A stretch of 64,000 bases of DNA from the human T2T-CHM13v2.0 reference genome, Homo sapiens. Each line of letters begins with the position of its first letter. Within the stretch, counting starts at the first letter, position 1. The notes beneath the pieces were generated by a model. That model did not search any database. It was not told the origin of the DNA and saw nothing but the letters and a program-made list of their open reading frames with translations. Of this stretch, positions 1 through 20,161 are shown one piece after another. Position numbers and translations under genes: made by a program. Location: NCBI RefSeq assembly GCF_009914755.1, contig NC_060928.1; one strand, given 5' to 3'.

Positions 1-3310
<3,310 letters not shown>

Positions 3311-3373
3311 TATGATGTTAGCTGATTATTTTGCTCGTTAGTTGATGCAGTTTCTTCCAAGCATCGATGGCCT

Positions 3374-4398
3374 TTACCTTTTGGCATGTTTTTGCAGTGG
3401 CTGGTACCAGTTGTTCCTTTCCATATTTAGTGCTTCCTTCAGGAGCTCTTGTAAGGCAGGCCTGGTGGTGACAAAATCTCTCAGCATTTGCTTGTCTGTA
3501 AAGAATTTTATTTCTCCTTCACTTATGAAGCTTAGTTTGGCTGGATATGAAATTCTGGGTTGAAAATTCTTTCCTTTAAGAATGTTGAATATTGACCCCC
3601 ACTTTTTTCTGGCTTGCAGGGTTTCTGCTGAGGGATCTACTGTTAGTCTGATGGGCTTCCCTTTGTGGGTAACCCGACCTTTCTCTCTGGCTGCCCTTAA
3701 TATTTTTTCCTTCATTTCAACCTTGGTGAATCTGACAATTATGTGTCTTGGGGTTGCTCTTCTTGAGGAGGATCTTTGTGGTATTCTCTGTATTTCCTGA
3801 ATTTGAATGTTGGCCTACCTTGCTAGGTTGGGGAAGTTCTCCTGGATAATATCCTGGAGAGTGTTTTTCAACTTGGTTCCATTCTCCCCGTCACTTTGAA
3901 GTATACCAATCAAATGTAGACTTGGTCTTTTCACATAGTCCCATATTTCTTGTAGGCTTTGTTCATTTCTTTTTATTCTTTTTTCTCTAAACTTCTCTTC
4001 TCACTTCATTTCATTCATTTGATCTTCCATCACTGATACCCTTTCTTCCACTTGATTGAATTGGCTTTTGAAGGTTGTGCATGCATCATGTATTTCTTGC
4101 GCCATGATTTTCAGCTCCATCAGGTCATTTAAGGTCTTCTCCACACTGTTCATTCTAGTTAGCCATTCGTCTAATTATTTTCAATGTTTTTAGCTTCTTT
4201 GCAATGGGTTCAAACGTCTTCCTTTAGCTCGAAGAAGTTTGTTATTACCGACCTTCTGAAGTCTACTTCTGTCAGCTCGTCAAAGTCATTCTCCGTCCAC
4301 CTTTTTTCCATTGCTGGCGAGGAGCTGTGATCCTTTGAAGGAGAAGAGGTGCTCTAATTTTTAGAATTTTCAGCTTTTCTGCTCTGGTTTCTCCCCAT
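3374..4398 (-). pseudogene. Disrupted L1 ORF1 (RNA chaperone ORF1p)
   Basis: ATG at 4398; the C-terminal part is open as ORF 3374..3715 ending ERNNWYQPLQKHAKR; the upstream part is interrupted. Confidence 0.9.
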
Positions 4399-5619
4399 CT
4401 TTGTGGTTTTATCTACCTTTGGTCTTTGATGCTGGTGTCCTACAGATGTGGTTTTGGTTCGGATGTCCTTTTTGTTGATCTTGATGCTATTCCTTTCTGT
4501 TTGTTAGTTTTCCTTCTAAGAGTCAGGTCCCTCAGCTGCAGGTCTGTTGCAGTTTGCTGGAGGTCCACTCCAGACCCTGTTTGCCTGGGTATGACCAGCG
4601 GAGGTTGCAGAACAGCAAATATTTCAGAACAGCAAATATTGCTGCCTGATCCTTCCTCTGGAAGCTTTGTCCCAGAGGGGTGCCTGCCTGTATCAGGTGT
4701 CAGTTGGCCCCTACTGGGAAGTGTCAGGGACCCACTTGAGGAGTCAGTCTGTCCTTCTTAGAGCTCAAACACTGAGCTGGGTGAACTACTGCTCTCTTCA
4801 GAACTGTCAGACAGGGACGTTTAAGTCTGCAGAAGTTTCTGCTGCCTCTTGTTCAGCCATGCCCTGCTCCCAGTGGTGGGGTCTACAGAGGCAGCAGGCC
4901 TTGCAGAGCTGAGGTGGGCTCCATCCAGTGTGAGCTTCCCAGGCTGCTTTGTTTACCTACTCAAGCCTCAGCAATGGCAGACGCCCCTCCCCCTGCCAGG
5001 CTGCTGCCTCGCAAGTCAATCTCAGACTGCTGCGCTAGCAGTCAGCAAGGCTCCATGGGCATGGCACCCGCCAAACCAGGCGTGGGATATAATCTCCTGG
5101 TATGTCATTTGCTAAGACCATTGGAAGAGTGCATTATTTGTGCAGGATTGTCCCAATGTTCCAGATATCATCTGTCATGGCTTCCCTTGGCTCGGAAAGG
5201 GAAATCCCCCAACCCATTGTGCTTCCTGGGAGAGGCGTTATCCTGCCCAGCTTTGGCTCACCCTCCATGGGCTGCACCTACTGTTCAACCAGTCCCAGTG
5301 AGATGAACCAGGTACCTCAGTAGGAAATGCAGAAATCACCGTTTTCTGCGTTGATCACGCTGGGATCTGTAGATCGGATCTGTTCCTATTTGGCCATCTT
5401 GAAATGGAATGCAATTATAGCTAACATTTTAAGATTTTTAAAAAGTTACAGTTTTATGAGTTACATCAGATACAGAAGTGAGGCAATCTTTAATAATTAA
5501 ATGTAATAATGAAATTTGGTTATATCTAATTGATAAATGATATTTCAAGAGACATATTGGTTGACACAAGAATTACTAAATTTTTAAAAATCTAAATTTT
5601 GTCTTATAAGTTGTCATTT

Positions 5620-5730
5620 ATTATTCCATTTGTTCATTAATTCAGCAAATATTTGTTGAACACCAACTATGTGTCAGTCACTGTACTATATACTGGTGAT
5701 TAAAAAAAAGTGATCCAAATAGATGTGCTC
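5620..5730 (-). mobile_element. L2 3'-end fragment (old LINE-2)
   Basis: Degenerate TTCATTAATTCAGCAAATATTTGTTGAACACCAACTATGTGTCAG resembles the antisense L2 tail. Boundaries approximate. Confidence 0.5.
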
Positions 5731-6527
5731 TTTCCCATTACCCAAATGTTCATTTTAACCAATGTTAGTTGCTCTAATCAAGAAGATAGCCAAATAGAAA
5801 GTCTAATTACCTGTCAATGGGCCATGAGTAAATAAGTAATAATGACACCGTCTAAGCATCTACTTTTTAAAATGTTGTTTAAGATGAGGCTTATAAAACA
5901 ATATACCAAGCAAACTTAATTGAGCATTCTGATTTATAAGTCAGTTTTTATATATCAGAATAATATGTTTAGATATTTTAACTTTTTCCTCTCTTTATTT
6001 TGTGGCAAGTCATTAGTAGTATAAAGTTAGATGAGAAAATATTTTTAGTGAAAATGTAGTTGTTGTTGTTTTTTTAACCACAAAACTAGCTCCAAGTAAA
6101 GAGAACTTTGAAAGATTTACGTGTAAACAATTAATGCTTTCATTTATTTGCTTTAATTTTTCATTTTTGTTCTCACTTCATTCTACTGGGCAGAAATAAT
6201 TTTTTTTAAACCTGGAAAACCCTGTTTTGAATAGTTTTCTGATAGAATTTACAAAGATAAGCTAAAATGTTAAAGCAGAGGAAATTATAGATATTAAATG
6301 GTGCAAATAAAAAATGACAGATAATAAAATAGTGTTAAGAATACTTGTATGGTATGTTAAGATAGCTTTTACTCCCTAAAGTACAAAGACAAATATCTAT
6401 GAAATACATATTGTCCCCTAAGTAAATGTATTTTTGCCATTACTTTTAATTTACTAATATATTGTTTATTGTTTATCAGATTTGAATAAGTATAAAAATT
6501 AAATACATGACAAGAATTGCAATACTT

Positions 6528-6824
6528 TTTTTTTTTTTTTTTTTTGAGACGGCTTCTCACGCTGTCACACAGACTAGAGTGCATTGGCGCGATCTCGGCT
6601 CACTGTAACCTTTGCCTCGTGGGTTCAAGCAATTCCCTGCCTCAGCCTCCCGAGTAGCTGGGATTACAAGTGCCTGCCACCATGCCCAGCTAATTTTTGT
6701 ATTTTCAGTAGAGACAGGGTTTCACCATCTTGGCCAGGCTGGTCTTGAACTCCTGACCTAGTGATCCACCCGTCTCAGCCTCCCAAAGTGCTGGGATTAC
6801 AGGCATGAGCCACTGCACCCGGCC
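6528..6824 (-). mobile_element. AluS SINE, full length
   Basis: Poly-T tail, dimeric Alu body ending CCCGGCC; 16-bp TSD AAGAATTGCAATACTT at 6512-6527 and 6825-6840. Confidence 0.97.
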
Positions 6825-7019
6825 AAGAATTGCAATACTTAAACTTAAGTGCAATATCTTATTTTTGTGTTATTAAACACAAAGCAATCTGTAATATACA
6901 ACTTACTTTATGTAAATACGTAAATTGAATTGTGATTACACATGCATTTTTTTGGACAGTTTGAGTGTGTTTTCAATTATGCAACTGTTTGCTTAATGTT
7001 TATAGGTAGAAGGGGTGAC

Positions 7020-7120
7020 TTCTAGAACTGAGGAAACTGTGGCTCAGGGAATATATATGATTTACCTAAATTTACACAGCTGATTTACAGTGGAGCCTAG
7101 GTTAAAATTTGAGTCTCTTT
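7020..7120 (+). mobile_element. MIR SINE fragment
   Basis: MIR core-like TGAGGAAACTGTGGCTCAGGGAA...TTTACCTAAATTTACACAGCT. Confidence 0.55.
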
Positions 7121-7211
7121 CTACCTTGCCATGTTTATCATTATGTGTTTAATAACATAATATAACCTAACAAATAAATAATACGCTTTTACAAACAAAT
7201 TATGGCTGCTC

Positions 7212-8703
7212 ACCCCATCTGGGAACTGAGGAGTGCCTCTGCCCGGCCGCCACCCCGTCTGGGAAGTCGGGAGCACCTCTGCCCGGCCACCACCCCGTCT
7301 GGGAAGTGGGGAGCGCCTCTGCCCGGCTGCCCCATTTGGGAAGTGGGGAGCGCCTCTGCCCGGCCGCCCCATCTGGGAAGTGAGGGGCACCTCTGCCCAG
7401 CCGCCCTGTCTAGGAGGAAGTGAGGAGCGCCTCTGCCCAGCCCCCCCGTCTGGGAGGTGAGGAACGTCTCTGCCCGGCCGCCCCATCTGGGAATTGAGGA
7501 GCGCCTCTGCCCGGGCGCCCCATCTGGGAAGTGAGGGGCACCTCTGCCCAGCCGCCCTGTCTAGGAGGAAGTGAGGAGCGCCTCTGCCCAGCCCCCCCGT
7601 CTGGGAGGTGAGGAACGTCTCTGCCCGGCCGCCCCATCTGGGAATTGAGGAGCGCCTCTGCCCGGCCGCCCATCGTCTGGGAAGTGAGTAGCGCCTCTGC
7701 CCGGCCGCCCCGTCTGGGAGGTGAGGAGTGCCTCTGCCCGGCTGCCCATCGTCTGGGAAGTGAGGAGCGCCTCTGCCCGGCCGCCCCTTCTGGGATGTGA
7801 GGAGCGCCTCTGCCCGGCCACCCCCTCTGGGAAGTGAGGAGCGCCTCTGCCCAGCCACCCCATCTGGGATGTGAGGAGTGCCTCTGCCCGGCTGCCCCGT
7901 CTGGGAAGTGGGGAGTGCCTCTGCCCGGCCGCCCTGTCTGGGAAGCAGGGAGCACCTCTGCCCAGCAGCCGCCCCGTCTGGGAAGCAGGGAGTGCTTCTG
8001 CCTGGCCGCCCCATCTGGGAGGTGAGGAGTGCCTCTGCCCGGCTGCCCATCATCTGGGAATTGAGGAGCACCTCTGCCCGGCCACCCCATCTGGGAAGTG
8101 AGGAGCATCTCTGCCCACCTGCCCATCTTCTGGGAAGTGAGGAGTGCCTCTGCCCGACCGCCCCATCTGGGAGGTGTACCCAACAGCTCCGAAGAGACAG
8201 CGACCATCGAGAATGGGCCATGATGACGATGGCGGTTTTGTTGAAAAGAAAAGGGGGAAATGTGGGGAAAAGAAAGAGAGATCAGATTGTTACTGTGTCT
8301 GTGTAGAAAGAAGTAGACATAGGAGACTCCATTTTGTTCTGTAGTAAGAAAAATTCTTCTGCCTTGGGATGCTGTTAATCTATAACCTTACCCCCAACCC
8401 CGTGCTCTCTGAAACGTGCTGTGTCAACTCAGGGTTAAATGGATTAAGGGCGGTGCAAGATGTGCTTTGTTAAACAGATGCTTGAAGGCAGCATGCTCCT
8501 TAAGAGTCATCACCACTCCCTAATCTCAAGTACCTGGGGACACAAACACTGTGGAAGGCCACAGGGACCTCTGCCTAGGAAAACCAGAGACCTTTGTTCA
8601 TGTGTTTATCTGCTGACCTTGTCTCCACTATTATCCTATGACCCTGCCACATCCCCCTCTCCGAGAAACACCCAAGAATGATCAATAAATACTAAAAAAA
8701 AAA
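7212..8703 (+). mobile_element. SVA retrotransposon, SVA_A-type, 5'-truncated (VNTR 7212-~8174, SINE-R ~8175-8693, A-tail 8694-8703)
   Basis: 37-40-bp GC-rich VNTR units (GCCTCTGCCCGGCCGCCCCGTCTGGGAAGTGAGGAGC). The HERV-K-derived SINE-R retains CCGAAGAGACAGCGACCATC, which I recall as diagnostic of SVA_A. AATAAA at 8684-8689. No CCCTCT hexamer or Alu-like domain. Confidence 0.95.
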
Positions 8704-9256
8704 AGATTGGTCACTGAGATGAGTTGTTGCTAGCCCAATCCACATGTCCTCTAATTTCTCTTTTCACCTAGTTACTTCCTTCAGTTTTTGCTTTATATAT
8801 TTTGAAGACTAAACTTGTATTTGGCCAGGCATGGTGTCTCACGCCTATAATCCCAGCACTTTGGGAGGCGGAGGCGGGTGGATCATTTGAGGTCAGGAGT
8901 TTGAAACCAGCCTGGCCACCGTGGCGAAGCCCATTCTGTACTAAAAATACAAAAATTAGCCAGGCATGGTGGCGGGTGCCTGTAATCCCAGCTACTCAGG
9001 AGGCTGAGGCACAAGAATTGCTTGAACCCAGGAGGCAGACATTGCAGTTAGTTGAGATCACACCACTGCACTCTAGCCTGGGGAATAGAATGAGTCTCCA
9101 TTTCAAAAAATAAATAAGTAAACTTGTATTTAAATACAAGTATTCAAAACTTGTATTAGACAGTGTTAAGTTTAGAATTGTTAAAATGCTACATTTTCTT
9201 GGTGCATTAAGCTGTATATCAACAAGAAATAAAACTTTCTGGTAATTAAAAAAAAA
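8704..9256 (+). other. SVA 3'-transduced flanking DNA with downstream poly(A) signal and second A-tail
   Basis: The 15-bp TSD AAATTATGGCTGCTC is at 7197-7211 and 9257-9271, not after the SVA's own tail. AATAAA at 9228-9233 is followed 14 nt later by an A-run from 9248. Confidence 0.88.
8823..9118 (+). mobile_element. AluSx/Sz-like SINE inside the transduced segment
   Basis: Full Alu body from GGCCAGGC; TSD TAAACTTGTATTT at 8810-8822 and 9119-9131. Confidence 0.95.
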
Positions 9257-9303
9257 AAATTATGGCTGCTCTTCTTGCAAACTTACCTGTTCATAGTTGG
9301 TCC

Positions 9304-9755
9304 TGTGGCAGAAACTGCTAGTTGCCTATCCCATTTTCTTGCATGATAGAATTCAATTGTATTGATAAAGTCAATATGCTCAATGAAAAATTCCATATCT
9401 AGGCCTACTTTCAATTAGTGTTGGATTTGTCCCACTGTTGTAGTCACTATGGGTCAAATACAAGTTGAAACCTCTTTTAAAAAGAAAGCACATTTCACTG
9501 ACTGACCTGTGTCCTTTTTGACTTTCATATATCCATCTGCTTCTGTAGGAAGCAGACATAATGTCTAAAGCTGCAGGAGCTGTCTTAAAACTATAAAAGC
9601 TGGGAGGAGCTAAAAGATCTGACATCTTAAGTCATTACCTTAGACCTAAATGCCTACTTCCTGATGTAAGGTTATGTAAGAGAAAAAAATACCTCTATTA
9701 TGTGTGATACCCTGTTATTTGAATATTTTGTTACATCAAGACAAACCCAATCCTT
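9304..9755 (+). mobile_element. Old MaLR LTR (MLT1-like)
   Basis: Starts TGTGGCAGAAACTGCTAGTTGCCTATCCC and ends with an MLT1-like ...TTTTGTTACATCAAGACAAACCCAATCCT. Highly diverged. Confidence 0.5.
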
Positions 9756-12700
9756 AAATTAATCCTTAAATTAAATATGCAGCTACTCATACTTATAACA
9801 GATGCATGATAAATCATGCACTGTATACAAATCTAATAAAAAGGAGCAGGAAAAGCATATGCCAATGAAGCAAAAAATGACAGAGACAAAGAAATGCAGA
9901 AGAAGTTGTACTTCTTCTGAAAACACGTGACTGTGTTATTTGTTACTAAAATGAGAAACATCATGAATAACCTCTCATAGAAAGGGAGATAAGTGTGACT
10001 GGGTGTGAAATTTTCTTGAGGGTAATAGAACCCGATTCAAGGCAGCTCTAGGCTTGAACCACTTTTGACAGTTTATGTAAATTGATATTTTGAAGTTTAT
10101 TATTCATGTTTTCTCCTTAAAAGTAGAAGAAACTCAAAAATCATTTTTAGTAGAAACTCATTGTATAAGATTACACACCCACTATATTATCCATAAATGA
10201 CCTTTATTAGTGAGTTGGAGAAATTCATACCACTTAATTGTCCCCTGATTTTGCAACACATGCCTGGAACCTACCAACCAGCAAGGAACCCACCATATTA
10301 TTATCTGGGAAATGATTAACCATTTTCTAAGGCAGCTGCTGATACTATACAGCTTATTGTACATGGTAAAGTTATATGATCTTTATCTTCCTATGCACAA
10401 CCCAGCCTCAGCACCCTTGGATGCCATGCCTGAGCAAAATGAGAAGCTGCTGGCCACATGTCCTCTCCTGATTCATAAATGATTTCTGAGTACTGCTATA
10501 TAAACATGCACATGTTGTAGTCTTTGCAAGAGTGGATATCAAATCTATTTATGTCTAGGACAAACTTTTTTTTTCCAAAATAGAATAGAAACATATTTGC
10601 AAAGTAATCAGTATAATAACATTATCACATTCAAAACAGGGCTCTAAAGCTAGAAAGAAACTCTAAATATGGACATATATTAAATATTTTTTCATCCCTA
10701 AGTAGTTCCTCTTTTCCTCTGACAGGAAAATAGGGCTGCATGTTTCAGCTATAAAATTATGCCTAGAAATCTAAAAGTCTAAGTTATTGTTTACACAAAT
10801 TCAACTAATTGTTTGTTATAAATAATTACTTAGCAAACGATATCAGCAGACATCTGTTTGCTTAATTTTAGAGAGGTTTCTCTTGAGTAGTCTAGCTTCC
10901 TAAATTAATGCTGAAACTTGGCTGAGTCACAAAGTAAGCATTGAGTCAGAAGTCACAGAAATATTAAAAGTCACAGAAATGTTTCTGAAATGGACTTTAA
11001 TTATCAGCATAACTTATGTTTTACATACTCAACATATAAATACACAGTATCCTGCAATTTCCATTTCCATAGTTTTGTCTAAACTATTATAGTACCCCAG
11101 GCCTCACATAATTTGATTCCATTGAGCTCAATTTTTCATTCCTAGGAATATGACACTTCTCTATACTATTTTTTTACCTAAATTGTGTATCTCATATAAA
11201 AGAGTGGAATATCTAGGCAAAATTTGAATGTGATATTCACCTGACAATTGGATATAATAAAATAATCTAGTATACATAATTATTTTGTTAACCTATGATT
11301 CATAAAACTGTCACCATGAAAAATAATAATTTTGAATAGGACAGGTTTCATGCATGTTAATATTGTTTTTTATTATTTCAATCTATTTAAACTTTTATGA
11401 TGTTCTCTTTTAAATATTCAGGGTCCAACTTTAGCTATTTGGTTCATTTTTCCCCAAAGATATTCTGATCTTCTTTATATTCAATAAAAAAAATCCTATT
11501 ATTCAATAACATTATACATTGCAAAGCACCTTGCATTGTTTTACCTTTTATAAAAGCCCATTGATATAAATGGATATTAATATAAAATCCCATATAAAAT
11601 GATGATATAAGAAAACCTATGACCCTTGCAACGTCATATCACATATTACTAATAAATGGGAGTTTAGAAATCAGAACTCTAGATTCTATCATCTTATTTC
11701 ATTATGTAATCTCTTAAAGTGTCAAAATAAACTGGAAGAGTAGGGATATACATATTGTTAAAAGAAATTTTGTTCAACCAGAGTGTTACAGAGAGAAAAA
11801 AGGAGAGCTTAATAATAAAACTGTGTCTTCATGGAATTTTTCATGTGGATGCATTGATGGAAAGGCATTCTAGGAAAAGGCAACAACATGAGTGAAGGCC
11901 CAGAAACCTGAAAGCTCTGGGAAATGTTGCTTAGTCCATGTCTAGAGGCTAGGTAGGTGAAAGGATGAAGACATGAGACTATGAAAGAAGGCTCTGGCTC
12001 GCTCTCCAAGGACTTTGGAAGCAATGATTAATATTCATTCTACATCATCTCACATGCCGGATGCTTTGCTGAGTGCAGTATACGTGATGCCTCATTTTGT
12101 CATCACACCACCCTAGTCAGACTCTTCTGATCAACAGACACATAACACGCGAGGCAAAAGCAATATTTCTACACTTCCAGGCTACTTTATTTTCATCCAG
12201 GGGTTTTCCTCCTAGAAGAGTAGTGGGGGATGAAGAAAATAAAATCTTTATGTGACACATCTTTGATTGGTTTGGGCTTAATGCAATCTAACATAATAAA
12301 TAAACTGTGTTAATGTAAAAAAAATACAAATATTGCTAATCTAAACTCATAGAAGAAACATATTAAACATACTGATATCTAAAAATATATTTAAAATACA
12401 AAAGTGGAAAAAAAAGTTGTTTTATCTTTAAATCTCCAGAATGCACTTTGCATGTCATTAATAGCACATTTGATGTGCTATTCTAGTATTACATTTAGAC
12501 TATTGAAAAACCATAGTGATTAAATCGAAAGAACATCTGATTTACATTTATCTTTTGGCCCTGTTGATCATCAAGATGAAATGTTTATGGAATCAACATA
12601 TACTTATTGACTTTTGACTATGTTTAAGAGCTATGCTAAGTAATTATATGTGAGGTTAAGATGAAGATTTTGATTAATTTATTCAGAATGTCTTTAAAAC

Positions 12701-12797
12701 AATAGAGCAAATGTTTGCCCAAATGATTTCAGTCTTGTAGGTCATAGAAATTAGTAAAGGAAAAATTCAGAAAGACATTAAGAAAAGTCATAAGAGG

Positions 12798-13120
<323 letters not shown>

Positions 13121-13914
13121 TCAGAGATTTTGCTACATTCCAGGAAAAGACTGGAGTATGCATGTCACTACTCTCTCCAGGAAGCCTGGAATTAGCCATT
13201 TTAATGCTCTACTTCCTGAGTGTATGAGAGGCTACCTCTACTTTAACTTTTTATTTTGTTTCTTCACTAAAAAAGGATGAAAACAGAAGAACAAATGGGA
13301 GAAAATAACCCAATAGACCTATGTTATATTCACTATTCTCCAACAGACCTTTAATGAATTAGAGCCAATTAGCAAAACAAGGATAGCTAAATGTACATTG
13401 GATTTTGTCAATTTTCCAATAGTCTTAAAAATTGTAGTTTTTATATATATATTTGAACAAACTTTACATAAGTACACATATCTATTGAAGATAAATTAGA
13501 AGAATAAACAAGACAAAACTACCTTTAATGACAAATATATTTCCCATTAACTGAAGGGATCTTGAAGCTTAAGAATTTGAAAAGAGTAAGTACTATTGAG
13601 AATTCTGAACAACATTAACATCCCATCACTTTGAAAAACTGTTTAAAGAGTTAAATCAACTGACAGCTTAAATAACACATTCTATTTTGGATGGCAGTCT
13701 TTTCTTTCCTTCTTATTTTTTAAACATAGTTTGAAGGCTATGCTCCTCATATTTTAAGACATTTATTTTGTATTATTATAATATTAATATACTGTACATT
13801 TTTAACACCTCAGTATGCTATTCCTGATTTGTGATATAGATTTCTTGATGCAAGAGTATAATTATAACTAATTTCCAAAAAACATGACAGAGATTTTGAT
13901 GGACAAACATTTTT

Positions 13915-14065
13915 TAATATAAATTTTAATTTTTATTTTACTATAAGTTCTGGGAAGCATGTGCAGGACATGCAGGTTTGTTACATAGGTATACATGTGC
14001 CATGGTGCTTTGCTGCACCCATCAACCCGTAATCTAGGTTTTCAGCCCCACATGCATTAGGTATT
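13915..14065 (-). mobile_element. Very short 5'-truncated L1PA 3' end (~150 bp)
   Basis: L1 3'-terminal motif CATGTGCAGGACATGCAGGTTTGTTACATAGGTATACATGTGCCATGG; exact 15-bp TSD TGGACAAACATTTTT at 13900-13914 and 14066-14080. Confidence 0.92.
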
Positions 14066-14514
14066 TGGACAAACATTTTTACCAAGCTACTATACTTTAA
14101 AATTTGCATAATTTGTACTACTAAAAATAAATGTTTTAAAAAGATTATCCAACTATCTAATGTTTAATGTGTTATACCATTGATAAAAATCAGATCATCT
14201 GAGTTAATTTCTATGATGATTCTTCAAGTATGTATTCATTTCATATTATTTATTAAGCTCCTCCTAGGCCCCATGCTAGTTTTCTTTGTTTTTCTTTTCT
14301 TTTTTTTTTTATTATACTTTAATTTCTAGGGTACATGTGCACGACATGCAGATTTGTTACATATGTATACATGTGCCATGTTGGAGTGCCATACACATTA
14401 ACTAGTCATTTACAATAGGTATATCTCCTAATGCTATCTCTCCCTGCTCCCCCCACCCCACAACAGGCCCCAGTGTGTGATGTTCCCCATCCTGTGTCCG
14501 AGTGTTCTCATTGG

Positions 14515-18320
<3,806 letters not shown>

Positions 18321-18383
18321 TATGATGTTAGCTGGATATTTTGCTCATTATTTGATGCAGTTTCTTCCTTGCATTGATGGTTT

Positions 18384-19409
18384 TTACAATTTGTCATGTT
18401 TTTGCAGTGGCTGGTACCAGTTGTTCCTTTCCATTTTTAGTGCTTCCTTAAGGAGCTCTTGCAAGGCAGGCCTGGTGGTGACAAAATCTCTCAGCATTTG
18501 CTTGTCTGTAAAGAATTTTATTTCTCCTTCTTTTATGAAGCTTAGTTTGGCTGGACATGAAATTCTGGGCTGAAAATTCTTTTCTTTAAGAATGGTGAAT
18601 ATTGGCCCCCACTCTCTTCTGGCTTTATAGAGTTTCTGCCAAGAGATCCACTGTTGGTCTGATTGGCTTCCCTTTGTGGGTAACCCAACCTTTCTGTCTG
18701 GCTGCCCTTAAAATTTTTTCCTTCATTTCAACTTTGGTGAATCTGACAGTTATGTGTCTTGGGGTTACTCTTCTTGAGGAGTATCTTTGTGGCATTCTCT
18801 GCATTTCCTGAATTTGAATGTTGGCCTACCTTGCTAGGTTGGGGAAGTTCTCATGGATAATATCCTGAAGAGTGTTTTCCAACTTGGTTCCATTCTCCCC
18901 GCCACTTTCAGGTACACCAGTCAGACATAAGTTTGGTCTTTTCACATAGTCCCATATTTCTTGGAGGCTTTGTTCATTTCTTTTTACTGTTTTTTCTCTA
19001 AACTTCTCCTCTCGCTTCATTTCATTCATTTGGTCTTCGTTCATTGATACACTTTCTTCCACTTGATCGAATCAGCTACTGAAGCTTGTGCATGCATCAG
19101 GTAATTCTCATGCCATGGCTTTCAGCTCCACGAGGTCATTTAATGTCTTCTGTATGCTTTTTATTCTAGTTAGCCATTCATCTAATCTTTTTCAAGGTTT
19201 TTAGCTTCTTTGCGATGGGTTCGAACATCCTCCTTTAGCACGGAGAAGTTTGTTATTACAGATTGTCTGAAGCCTTCTTCTCTGAACTCGTCAAAGTCAT
19301 TCTCTGTCTAGCTTTGTTCCATTGCTGGCGAGGAGCTACATTCCTTTGGAGGAGAAGAGGCGCTCTGATTTTTAGAATTTTCAGCTTTTCTGCTCTGGTT
19401 TCTCCTCAT
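18384..19409 (-). pseudogene. Disrupted L1 ORF1
   Basis: ATG at 19409; fragment 18826..19062 reads KRNEQSLQEIWDYVKRPNL...ENFPNLAR. Confidence 0.9.
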
Positions 19410-20161
19410 CTTTTTGGTTTTATCTACCTTTGGTGTTTGATGATGGTGATGTACAGATGGGGTTTTGGTGTGGATGTCCTTTCTGTTTGTTAGTTTTCCT
19501 TCTAATAGTCAGGATCCCCAGCTGCAGGTCTATTGGAGTTTGCTGGAGGTCCACTCTAGACCCTCTTTGCCTGGGTATCACCAGTGGAGCCTGCAGAACA
19601 GCGAATATTGCAGAACAGCAGTTGTTGCTGCCTCATCCTTCCTCTGAAAGCTTCGTCTCAGAGGGGCACCCGGCTGTATGAGGTGTCAGTCAGCTGCTAC
19701 TGGGAGTTGTCTCCCAGTTAGGCTACTCAGGGGTCAGGGACTGACTTGAGGAGGCAATCTGTCCATTCTCAGATTTCAGACTCTGTGCTAGGAGAACCAC
19801 TACTCTCTTCAAAGCTGTCAGACAGGGACGTTGAAGTCTGCAGAAGTTTCTGCTGCCTTTTGTTCAGTTATGTCCTGCCCCCAGAGGTGGAGTCTACAGA
19901 GGCAGGCAGGCCTTCTTGAGCTGTGGTGGGCTCCACCTAGTTCGAGCTTCCTTGCCACTTTGTCTACCTACTCAAGCCTCAGCAATGGCGGACGCCCCTT
20001 CCCCAGCCTGGCTGCTGCCTTGCAGTTTGACCTCAGACTGCTGTGCTAGTAGTGAGTGAGGCTCTGTGGGCTTGGGACCATCTGAGCCAGGCACAGGATT
20101 TAATCTCCTGGTGTGCCATTTGCTAAGACCATTGGAAAAGTGCAGTATTAGGGTGTTAGTG

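Noticed and set aside
4426-5323. Plus-strand ORFs in the L1 5'UTR (ORF0-like)
   Set aside because: Antisense frames of a decayed L1PA 5'UTR; I could not identify an intact ORF0.
7212-8174. CRISPR-like array of ~37-bp repeats
   Set aside because: Units are contiguous with no unique spacers, there are no cas genes, and the context is primate; this is the SVA VNTR.
7121-8306. Long ORFs (366, 265, 142 aa) on both strands
   Set aside because: They are translations of the GC-rich SVA VNTR, which has few stop codons; the peptides are repetitive with no domain.
8802-9113. 103-aa ORF and other Alu-overlapping ORFs (12911, 27087, 33459, 35383, 55851)
   Set aside because: Standard Alu-derived spurious translations.
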